A stretch of DNA of 64,000 bases from Mobula hypostoma (taxonomy: Eukaryota): NCBI RefSeq assembly GCF_963921235.1, contig NC_086097.1, positions 200,820,001 through 200,884,000 on the forward strand. Reading direction: 5' to 3'. This document shows positions 25,400 to 36,842 of this stretch, in pieces. Each line of letters begins with the position of its first letter. Position 1 is the first letter of the stretch. Position numbers and translations under genes: made by a program. A model generated the notes under the pieces. It saw only the letters and a list, made by a program, of their open reading frames with translations. It ran no database searches and was not told the origin of the DNA.

Positions 25400-28300
25400 A
25401 TTTTAGGAGTGACCATTGCGTGAGGCTTTGGCGTGGAGCGACAAAAGTTATAGGTATATTTTTTCAATTAATTTTTCTTTCTTTCTTTCCTATTGCACAG
25501 TTAGAGTAGTGGGGATGCCAGGCAGAAGAGTGGAATGCTACTCTTGCAGGATGTGGGAAGGCAGGGAGACCTCCAGTGTCCCTGACAACAACACCTGCAA
25601 GAAGTGCACCCAGGTGCAGCTTCTTTCAGACCGTGTTAAGGAACAGGAGCTGGAACTGAATAAATTCTGAATCATTTGAAAGGCTAAGGGGCTGATAGAC
25701 AAGAGATACAGGAATGTAGTTATAACCAATGTGTAGGACCCAGGTAGCTGGGTGACCATTAGAAAGAGGAAAGGGGATAGGCAGCCAATGCAGAGTACTC
25801 CAGGTATACCACTGTTGGGAGGAGAATATAGCAGAGGAAAGCCACAGTGAACAAGTCTCTGGCTCTGTGGTTCAGTAGGGGAGGAGGGGAAGAGGACTGC
25901 AGTAGAAATAGGGGATTCCAAATTTAGAGATATAGAAAGGAGATTCTGTGGATATGAAAGAGAATCCCAGATGGTATGCTGCCTCCCAGGTGCCAGGGTC
26001 AGGGATGCCTTGGATCAGGTCCTCAGCACTCTAAAGGGGGAGAGTAAGCGCAGAAGTTTTGGTACATGTTGGTACCAATGACATAGATAGGAAAAGGGAG
26101 GGGGACCTGAAGAAAGAATATAGGGAGTTAGGTAGAAAGCTGAAAAGAAGAACCTCCTTGCATTGCTGCCTGTACCATGCACCAGTGAGGGTAAAAGTAA
26201 TTTGGAAGATAAATGTGTGGCTGAGGAATTGGTGTAAGGGCAGTGTTTCAGACTTATGAAACATTGGACTCTCTTTTGCCAATATCCTCGTGGCAGGCTT
26301 GCTAGAGCCTGCCTGTTGTGGAGGTTTTAACTAATTTGTCAGGGGGATGGGAACCATAGTGTTAGGGCTGAAGATGGGGCAGGCGGCACACAAGTAAATG
26401 CAGTGTGTAATGAGACTGTGAGGAAGGACAGGCAGACGATAGGGCAAAACTGTAGTCAGTGGGATGTTGAAGTGTAACATGGGGAAAAATCGAAAAAATT
26501 GATGACTACAGGACTGAAGGAGTCATTTAAATGTATGTAGTTTACAGAATAAGGGAATGATCTTGTTGTGCAGTTAGAGATCGGCAGGTACGATGCTGTG
26601 GGTATCTCTGAGTCGTGGCTGAAAGAAGATGACTTGGGAGATTAAAATGTATCAGAAGGACAAGCAGGTAGGTGGAGAGGGTGGTGTGGCCCTGATGGCA
26701 AAATTAAAGAGGATAAAAAGATGTAGAATCATTGTGGGCATGAGAAAGGAGCTGGCCAAAGTTGATTGGAAGGAGACACTAGCAGGAGTGATGTCAGATC
26801 AGCAATGGCTGGAGTTTCTGGGCACAATTCAGGATAGATACATCCCAAAGATGAAGAAGTATTCCAAAGGAGAAATGATGCAACCATGGCTGACAAGGGA
26901 AGTCAAAGACAGCATAAATGTTACCAGGGTTGGATATGGCCCGAGTGCGGAGTGAGAGAACCTGAAGCAGGTCTATAGTTCACAGACTTCAATATGAACA
27001 GTGTTGAAGGGAAAATTAAACAATAAACACCAGGCCAAATAGGGCCGTTAACTAAAATTTTCAAAAGGAAAACGAAGCCTACACTGCGGCTGAAAGGAAC
27101 ATCTAAACATTAAACAAATACTGCTAGTCTTCAGTCAGTTGACTTGAAAGCCCAATATCTCAGGGAAGGCCAAATTCAAACAGCAGCGAAGCATCGCAGT
27201 GCTCTGTCCAAGTCTTGACAAGCACTACGACAACAAGTATGGAGTTAAATACTATCACGATTAAATAATAATTAGCTGACACGTGCAAATTCACAAGCGC
27301 TATTGCCGTATCTACTATGCTGCCGAATCCGTGGTCATGACAATAAAAGCAAAGCAGTGGGCATATAACATAGCATAAATTAGTGGAAAGTTGGAGGACT
27401 GAGAACCTTTTAAAAACCAATGGAAGGCAAATAAAAAAGCCGTAAAGAGAGAAAAGGTGAAAAATGAAGGTAACCTAATCAATAATATAAAGAGGATATC
27501 AAAAGGTTTTTCAGATATATAAAGAGTAAACGAAAGGTGAGAGTAGATATCGGACTACTGGAAAGGGACGGTGGAGAAGCAGTAATAGTAGACAAAGAAA
27601 TTGCAGGCAAAGTTAATAGTATTTTGCATCAGTCTTCTCTGAGGAAGACACTAGCAGTATGCCAGATATTCAAGAGCGTCAGGGGCAGATGTGAGTATTG
27701 TTGGTATTACTAAGGAGGAGGTGCTTGGGAAGCTGAAAGCTCTGGAAGTAGATAAGTCACATGGACAAGATGGTGTACACCCCAGTGTTCGGAAAGAGGT
27801 AGCTAAAAGATTAAAGGGGCAATAGCAATGATCTTTCAAGTATCACTGGATTCTGGAATGGTTCCAGAGGACTGGAAAATTGTAAATATCATTCCTCTGT
27901 TTAAGAAATGGGGGGGGGGTGGGGGTGGCTGGTGCAGAAGAATGGAAATTATAGGCCATCTAGCTTGGCTTCAGAGATTGGGAAGATGTTGGAGTCCATT
28001 ATTAAGGATAAGGTTTTGGAGTACTTGGAAGCAGATGATAAAATAGGTTATAGTCAGAATGGTTTCCTTAAGGGGAAATCTTGCCTGACAAATCTGTTGG
28101 AATTCTTTGAAGAAATAACAAGCAGGATAGCCAAATTAGAGTCAGTGGATGGAATATACCTGGATTTTCAGAAGGCCTTTGACGATGTTCCATATACAAG
28201 ATTGCTTATCAACATAAGAGTCCATTCTATTACTGGGAAAATACTAACATAATCGAAGGTTGGCTGACTGGCAGGAGGCAAAGAATGGAAATAACTGGGA

Positions 28301-29255
28301 CCTTTTCTGGTTGGCTGCTGGTGACTAGTGGTGTTTCACAGAGGTCAGTGTTGGGATCACTTTTTTTCATGTTACATCAATATATGATTTATATTATTTA
28401 GGTGATGAAATTGATGGCTGTATGGCCAAGTTTGTGGACGATATGAAGGAAATTTGAGAGGCAGGTAGTTTTGAGAAAGGAGGGAATCTGCAGAAGGAGT
28501 TAGACACATTGAGAGAGTAGACAAAGAAATGGTAGATGGAATATAACATTGGAAAGTGTATAGTCATGCATTTTAGTAGAAGAAATAAAGGCGAGGACTA
28601 TTTTCCAAACAGGGAGAAAATTGAAAAATCAGTGATGCAAAGGGACTTGGAAGCCATTGTGCAGGATTCCATAATGGTTAACTTGAAGTTTGCATCTGTG
28701 GTGAGGAAAGCAAATGCAATGTTGGCATTCATTTCAAGAGGACGAGAATGTAAAAGTAAGGATGCAATGCTGAACTTTTATAAGTCATTAGTCAGACCAC
28801 ACTTGGATTATTGTGAGTAATTTTGGGCCCCTTATCTAAAAGATACACTGGCCTTGGAGAAGGTCCACTGAGAATAAAATGATTAATGTATGATAGACAC
28901 TTGATGGTTCTGGGCCTGGACTCACTGTTGTTTAGAAGAATGGGTGACCTACTGAAAGGCCTAGATAGAATGGATGTGGGGTGTCTAGCACCAGAGTGCG
29001 CAGCCTCAAGATAGAGGGAGGTCAATTTATAACAGAGAATCTGTGGAATTCATTGCTACAGATGGCTCTGGATGCCAAGTCATTGGGTACATTTAACGCG
29101 GAAGTTGAAAGGTTCTTTATTAGCCAGGGTGTCAAAGAAATTGGGGAGAAGACGGGAGAATGGGGTTGTGAGGGATAATAAATCAACCTTGATGGAATGG
29201 CAGAGTAGACTTGATGGGTTGAATGGCTTAATTCTGCTCCGATATCTTCTGGTGT
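25400..29255 (+). mobile_element. CR1 LINE, near full-length and degraded (ORF1 Zn-finger/coiled coil plus SGNH esterase; ORF2 EN-RT)
   Basis: VECYSCRMWE..TCKKCTQ, VHVGTNDI, GNYRP..GFLKGKSCLTNLLEFFEE..YLDFQKAFD, LVRPHLDYC. Confidence 0.88.
26919..27342. mobile_element. Solo LTR (424 bp) inserted in CR1
   Basis: TGTTA...TGACA termini; perfect 5-bp TSD ATAAA at 26914-26918 and 27343-27347. Confidence 0.75.
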
Positions 29256-29816
29256 TTAAACGTGGAGAAGATGAAGTGTGGCCACGGGTCGACCAACTTA
29301 ATTTTCCTTCCCAGTGACTTCACGGCATAAAATGCAAAGCTGAATACAAATGCCCATTTTCTTTTATTTTCACACCATATCTATTTTACATCACACCTGA
29401 TTTTCTTTTTCATGGAAGCCAAGATCAGTTCGATTTTCCCTGCTGCCATCCACCTATGTCACTCCTATCACTTCTTTCTCGGAGTTAGTCTAGGTCAGGT
29501 AAAAACATGACAATCACATTTAAGTAAGTTGCATGGCAGTTTACACAATTGAAGCCCTGGCAGTTCTTGACTGGAACATTCACACCAAGCTGCTGTTCAT
29601 TGATTCCAAAACTGAGGTAATCACAAATTTCCCTTTTCCTGCAATAACATTCATTCAGCGGAAGGTCATGGTCCACATCTGCGATAAATCAAACAAATTG
29701 AGAAGGTGAGTTTGGCTAGTAGAAATTTTAGCGAAGAATATATATTTTCTTCATGGATCTAACAGCAAACATCCATATTAGCAAGCCTTACTCAGAAATG
29801 GCCATAAAAAATGATG

Positions 29817-29954
29817 AAGGGTCTTGACGAAGGGTCTCGGCCTGAAACGTCGACTGCACCTCTTCCTACAGATGCTGCCTGGCCTGCTGCGTTCACCAGC
29901 AACTTTGATGTGTGTTGCTTGAATTTCCAGCATCTGCAGAATTCCTGTTGTTTG
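29817..29954 (+). mobile_element. Short Penelope pLTR fragment with a hammerhead variant
   Basis: Same 3' end (CCTGTTGTTTG) as the foldback copies; 14-bp TSD CAT(A/T)AAAAATGATG at 29803-29816 and 29955-29968. Confidence 0.8.
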
Positions 29955-30269
29955 CATTAAAAATGATGTTGGCTTTTTATTGTTCAACTGATAGAATCCT
30001 CAGACTTGCAGGTTGACTGACAAAAGCTGAATATTTATCCTGGACAAGGCTCTGTGTCTGATTTTAATATATTTGCCCTAATAAGATGTGTACTGTGCTT
30101 TGGCAATGTTTTAATGTTCTGCTTTTGAAGGACAATTTCACTCTTGTAGTTAGAAGTTGCTGATCGGAGATATACAACAGATAAATTTAATCAAATAAAC
30201 AGGGGAAAAGAAAACTGTTACGAAATGTCAGGCCATTATTTAGACTAAACATAAACAAAGTATAAAGTA

Positions 30270-30940
30270 CAATTTATTATCAAAGTACATATATCTCACC
30301 ATATACAACCCTTGTAGGCATACTCAATAAATCTATAGAATAACAGGATCAATCAAAGACCGTACCAACTTGGGCGTTCAACCATTGTGCAAAAGACAAC
30401 AAATTGTGCAAATAAATAAATAAATAAATAATCATAAATAAATAAGCAATAAATAATGAGAACGTGACAGTCCTTAAAAGTGAGTCCTTTGGTTGTGGGA
30501 ACAGTTCAATGATAGGGGCAAATGAAGTTGAGTGAAGTTACCCCCTTTGGTTCAAGAGCCTGATGGTTGAGGGATAATAACTATTCCCGAAACTGCTGGC
30601 ATGAGTCCTGAGGCTTTTGTATCTTCTTCCTGATAGCAGCAGCCAGAAGAGAGCATGTCCTGGGTGCTGGGCGACCCTGATGAGGGGTGCTGCTTTCCTG
30701 CGACAATATTTCATGTAGATGTGCTTGGTGGAGGAGATGGCTTTACCCATGATGGACTGGGCTGTGTCTACAATGTTTTGTAGACTTTTCCATTCTTGGA
30801 CATTGGTGTTTTCATACCAGACTCTAATGCAGCCAGTCAGTATACTCTCCAGTGCACATCTATAGAAGTTTGTCACAGTTTTAGATGTCATGCCGAATCT
30901 TCACAAACTCCTAAGGAGGTAGAGGTGCCGCTGTGGTGAG
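30270..30940 (-). mobile_element. Rex1/Babar-like LINE 3' fragment
   Basis: NFYRCALESILTGCIRVWY..HPGHALFWLLLSGRRYKSL..SYYPSTIRLLN. Confidence 0.8.
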
Positions 30941-31993
30941 TAAAATGAATTTTAATTTTAACCATGACGTTACTGATTGGCAGTGATACCCTGGACAACT
31001 GAACAGCCTACTTGCCATCCTGTCATCCAATACCAATTGAATTTTCAAAGGTGGCATTAGATGTAGTACAACATTCTGTAGCTCATGCAATTTACCATGT
31101 GCTAAGTAGTTTATCATAAACACAGGAGCAATAATGGGCATAAGTGAATGGAGGGCAGGGGAGAAAGAGTCTATGATTTACTGAGTATCCTTGTTTATGC
31201 CCATGCCTGTCCTTTCTCTAACAAGAAAAGATTGTGCCAGTATATTGTCTGACAGAGAGATAGCAGACAGCAGGCTGATTGTGTCTGGGATTCTCAGTTC
31301 AGACAGTTTATGATTGCTGCCAGATTGTCAAGATGAGCTGCTAAATGAAGACAAGGATAAAAATGACATCAAGTGCGTGACCTGAGCATAAGATGGAAGG
31401 TTGAATCTCACTCACAGGTGCTGTCCCATGATAGGTTTAACTGAAGCTTTGTCACCTCCCAAAGGTGGGTACTGTAACTAAAGTTCACAGCCTTCTTCTG
31501 GAGGTCAGAGGAGTTCTCACCAGAGTTCAAAGCAACATTCATTCTTCAAAAATTAATTATCAGGTTATTGTCACACTGCTGTTTATGGGATTCTGTTGAA
31601 CACAAATCAGCCGGTGTGTTCTTTATATTACAAAAGTAAGTGGATTTCCTGAGTAGTACAGTGGTCTGCAAAGTTCTGTGCTGAATGACGCTCTATAATA
31701 CATCTTCCTTTTGTTCATGAATGCTGGTCCCAAAAAAAAACAGAGTCATAGAGCACTACAGCCTAGAACTAGGCCCTTCAGCCCATCTAGTTCATGCTGA
31801 ACTATTGTTCTGATTAGTCCAATGAACTGGCACCTAGACCAAAGCCTAGACTCTATTAAAACTTCTCTTAAATGTTAACCTCAAACCACTTACACAGTGG
31901 AACAAAGGGAGGTAAGATTCTCCGTACAACTCTAAAGCTCTGAAGTGAATGAATTACAAACTAAACAAGTAAATTGAACTGGAGGTGGACAAT

Positions 31994-32820
31994 AGCCTGT
32001 GACTGCATCTATTTTTTTTCTTTTAACAATGAAATAATATTTTAAGCCCTTGAATTCTTTTGGTGTCTGGAAAGCTATGTTAAATTAACTGAGTGCAGGG
32101 AGATAACAAAAATTATTTTCAAGGATCTGCTGTATCACAATTCTTCTGCACAGGATTCTCGTGAATATGCTACACTAGGCCTAATTCACTTAATTTACTC
32201 ACAGGCAATGATCAAGCACATGGAGAGAGCAGACAGACAAGAGCAGAGGGAAGAGTTGGGAAGAGTCTGGGATTGGGGGTGAGGGATAGTGGTGGTGGGC
32301 AGTGTAGGGAGGATGAGAGAGAAAAATCATGTGTTTTAATGTGTTGGAGATCTACACTTGCGACATGTGCTCTTGGGTCATGGAGGATTAGTTATTCCCA
32401 TGGTTACGTTGAATGGAAATCGGCACCATGGCTCTTTGATGCCTCCAACCTCACGTTAGCTGTGAAGGCCTGCTTCCGCATGAGTACCCTGTGCTGTCCA
32501 CAGTCACACGTCACAACAATGTTCCACACCACTGAACGCTACTGCACTTGTTCAAGCGCATCCTGTCTCCAAAGCAGGAAGACAGGCAAAGAATGACAGA
32601 TTTCATTATTGATGGGCAAGTCCCTGATTTTCTTTACCATTTTGTTACAGGAATTCAAATTCAACTGAGAGGTACATTTATATTTTGTGTTACACACTCA
32701 AATTTCCAAGCCTGTGACTCCATTTTTGTTTCTTTTAACAATGAAATAATATTTTGAACCTTGAATTCTTTTGGTGTCTGGAAAGCTATGTTAAATTAAC
32801 TGAGTGCAGGGAGATAACAA
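31994..32820 (+). repeat. ~115-bp direct repeat (31994-32109 and 32709-32820) bracketing ~600 bp of unique sequence
   Basis: AGCCTGTGACT..TTTTAACAATGAAATAATATTTT..GGTGTCTGGAAAGCTATGTTAAATTAACTGAGTGCAGGG..AGATAACAA present twice. Confidence 0.85.
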
Positions 32821-35800
32821 GTTAAACTACATCTTGTAGAAATAATCCATAAAAAAGTTGTTTTAAAAAAACAACATGGGGCTTGATAATTGCTGATTAT
32901 TTAAAATCCAATGACAAAATGTTAAACAATAAATTTTGTAGTATCTAAAATTTAAATGGGTTTTATTATCTATATAAGAAACTTCCGTGTGAACCTGGAA
33001 CTCTTTCCAAATAGAGCGCTCCTGCAGACACCATGTTAGGCACTGAGTTGCATCAAACACATCTCTAGAATATGGAGTTAGCTGATTGTTTATTCTAATT
33101 TTAGTTGCAAACATGACAACAATGCATTGATATTATCATAATAGAAATTGCATCATTACACTTATGTTGTTCATGAGAAAAAGTTAGTGTCCCTTTAAGT
33201 AACAATAATTTAATGTAGGTTTTAGTCCTATTGCTGTTTCACATGGCTCAAATGTTCATTTTCTGTCATCACAAAACAGTAACAGCAAATGTTTCTGCAT
33301 TTTCTTTATGATAGCATTATTATCTGATTGGAGATTATTTCGGAAAATGTGTTATAAAGACATAAGCTCTTTTTTATATTCTTAGTTCTTTAAGACTTGG
33401 AAGTGAATAAAACCAACCAATAATTTCAAGGAAAAGTCATAAGGAAGTTTCTGCAAGGTATCAGAATTTTCTGCAATCTGATCTGTCACTGAGTCTTTTC
33501 TCACTGATTATTTAATGGTACAATTCTAAACCTTGCGGCAATCCTTGTTCACATAAAGCATACTGAGTCCTCGGCGTGTCAGTCAGTGAGTTAGAGGTAA
33601 AGGGTAGAGAAAGGCTAATCAGGATGAAATGAGATTAAAGGCTGTCTAATTTTACAGCAACTGTGATCCATCAGGCACTACGAATTTGACAGTGGAAATG
33701 AATGATGGAGAAAGACAGGTGGGGCTGTACATTTCACTGATTTATCCTGAAACGTGCTGGGCTTTATTTTATTGAGTGAACATGACCATGTTCATCATAA
33801 CTGTCATCTAAAACCACTTCGGCAGATTCAGAAAAAAAGGGTGGTATCAGCACAAAAGTGAGTGCAGGATAACAGCAGCTATCAGAAGGGACTGACATGC
33901 ACTGCAGTCTCCATGCATGATTAAAAAATGTATTCTGTGCTTTGCCATGTACTTAACACTGCAATAAGTGACGGAGTAAACAGTACCACAAACATTTCTA
34001 CCTGGAGCAATAATAAGCCGCCACAAGGCAACTGGTGTGTTTTCCTTGTCACACAATCCTCACGCACTGGCCAGGACAGTGTGGCAGAGGGACATCAGGA
34101 TGAGGGTCTCAAGCAGACATAAAAAGTTGGAAAATCCGGAATTAAAGTACGCACTTTGTTGAAGCTATGAATGTCACTGATGAGTATATCCAAACTGGAT
34201 GTCAGGTGGGTGTCACAGAGGGATTCATGGAGAGGAAAGATCTACAGTATCATCTTAATCTCAAAAACTTAAAATGAAATCACAACTCAAAATCAAAAAC
34301 CCATTGGCCAACAAGAGATATGAGAGAGAGATTGAATGAAAATGGTTGACTGTCACAAGGTACTAGAAGACATTATGATAATTTCATAAACTTCCGGTTC
34401 TTTAAAATTCCATTTAATGCTTCTGAATTCATTAACAGTGCCTTTTGAAAGTTTGAGACTGAATAAGTGGAGTTCCTTTCTCCAGAAAAGACTGGACAAA
34501 AGATTGTTATTCGGTAGACACAGATGCTGTTTTTGCATTATATCACCCAATTGCTGGGTCCTGCAATGCATAGTTCATCAATCTTAGGTGTGGTTTATTT
34601 GTCCAAAGGCATCCTTTTAGAAAATGAGGCATCACAATAAGAAACCAAGAATATGAGCTCTTATTGAAACTGAAGTAGCTAACATAAATTATTTGGCATT
34701 CATAATGTTAAGAATTCTTTGTCAGTCTTTAATCACCCCATCAAAATTATTGATGAAATAGTATCAACTGTTTCTCCTGTCCTGCTCATTTGGGGTTTCA
34801 CTTGTCCAATGGATACTGTATATCGTGTCTTGATTTCCTCTGTTACCCTGTAAGTGTTTGGCTCAGAAGCTCACAGTAGCTGTAATTGGGAATGCATTTC
34901 ATAACAAGTAATCCTACATCTCACAGCAGTGCATATATTGTGCAGCATGACAGTAAGCTCATTCACTACCCCTTTGGACTGCAGTAAACAAGCATTTTTG
35001 ATATGTTAAATAAATAGTTGATTTTCAGACATCTGAAGGTATTTTAGACAGTCAACATGAAAATACGAAATAATAACTTTTGAATGTAAATGCCAGCTGC
35101 GTATTTGTGCCTCAGTTGTACACAGTCATCTCAGCAAGAACACGGTTATGAGAATGTTAGATTTGTAACAGAGCATCAGAAAATGCTCACTATTATATTC
35201 ACACATTACTGCAGCTAAAAGTGAACAGCAAAAAGGCTTTGTGAATCTGAGAACAACTAATTGAAAATAGTGTTGTCAAAAGTGTTTGTGATCAAATCTC
35301 TGCTCTTGCCTGCATTTATGCTACTGTGCATGGAATCCTACCAGTGCTGTTGTAGCACTGGTCATCAAAGTACCAGTGCCATCTTTATCTCATTAAGCAA
35401 TACTACAGATGGCATAAGGACAGCATTCACACTGCAATCCAACAAACTCCAGTTAATATGTGCTGTAATGGAAATAGTCAAAGAAGCATCTGTTCAGATA
35501 TAATATGTTTGTTATAATGTGCAATAAAAAACAGTTCAGCTGATGGTCACAGTGCTGAAGACAAGTCCTGCACTTTGGAATACATGGAATATCATAGGCT
35601 TCATTTGCATGTACTACATGTTCAGATTTGTTGCTGTGCTCTCTCGGTTTTACGTACCCACCGCATTTTGAACTCTACCTCGACATATTACATCATAACA
35701 CTACTTTATGGAGTGGGCATGACAAGGAAATTACGGTTAAGCTGGTTCAATATCCAAAGGTATCCATGTTATAATTTCATGCTAATTTATGTTATATCAT

Positions 35801-35934
35801 AATTCAAGCATGCTGATCCAATTCAGTAGCCTTCACTTCAGTCTTAATTAAGTGCAGCATATATGCAGTCAATAAACTAATTGCTTATTTCTGAATCAGA
35901 ATATTTGCAATACATGGCAGCTTGGTTACAATAT

Positions 35935-36565
35935 CATCAGAATCAGAATCAGAATCAGGTTTATTATCACCAGCATGTGTTGTGAAATTTCTTAAACTTA
36001 GCAGCAGCAGTTCACTGCAATACTTAATAGAGAAGAAGAAACAAAAAAGGAGAAATAAATAAATTAATGTGGAAAAACAGAAATAATATATATTGAAAAA
36101 GTGAGGTAGTGCTCACGGGTTCAATGTCCATTTAGGAATCGGATGGCAGAGGGGAAGAAGCTGTGTCTGAATCACTGAGTGTGTGCCTTCAGGCTTCCGT
36201 ATCTCCTACCCGATGTAACAGTGAGAAAAGGGCATGCACTGGGTGCTGGGGGTTCTTAATAATAGATGCTGCTTTTCTGAGACACCGCTCCTTGAATAAC
36301 TCTCAATATCATAAACAACCTTGCACTTAACACAGCAAGACCAAAGAATTGCCTGAGGACTTAAGGAAGGAAAGTCAGGAGAACACATACCAGTCCTCAC
36401 TGAAGTAGTGAGCAGCTTTAAATTCCTGGGTGTCAATGTCTCAGAGGACATATCCTGGGCCCAATGTATTAATGCAATCATAAGGAAGGCATGCCCATAG
36501 CTATGATTTGTTTGGAGTCTGGCGAGATTTGATCTGTCACCAAACATCCTCGCACATTTCTCCAG
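35935..36565 (-). mobile_element. Rex1/Babar-like LINE 3' end with an adjacent oppositely oriented RT piece
   Basis: (AGAATC)n tail; 36320-36565 reads FKFLGVNVSEDISWAQ on the plus strand. Confidence 0.6.
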
Positions 36566-36842
36566 ATGTTCAAAGTTCAAAGTTCAAATTAAATTTGTTA
36601 TCAAAGTACATACCGTATATGTCACCATATACAACCCTGAGATTCATTTCCTTGCGGGTATACACAGTAAATCCAAGAAACACAATAGAATCAATGAAAG
36701 ACTGCACCCAAACAGGACGGGCATGCAACCAATATGCAAAAGACAACAAACTGTGCAAATCCAAAAGGAAAAAAATAATAATAATAAACAAATAAGCAAT
36801 AAATATCAAGTACATGAGACAAAGGGTCCTTGAAAGTGAGTC

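Noticed and set aside
29485..29690. Minus-strand coding exon (acceptor-like TTTATCGCAG and 63-aa ORF)
   Set aside because: No recognisable protein and no convincing donor; cannot be supported without transcript data
34353..34571. 72-aa minus-strand ORF in the TE-free island
   Set aside because: No recognisable homology; length within chance expectation
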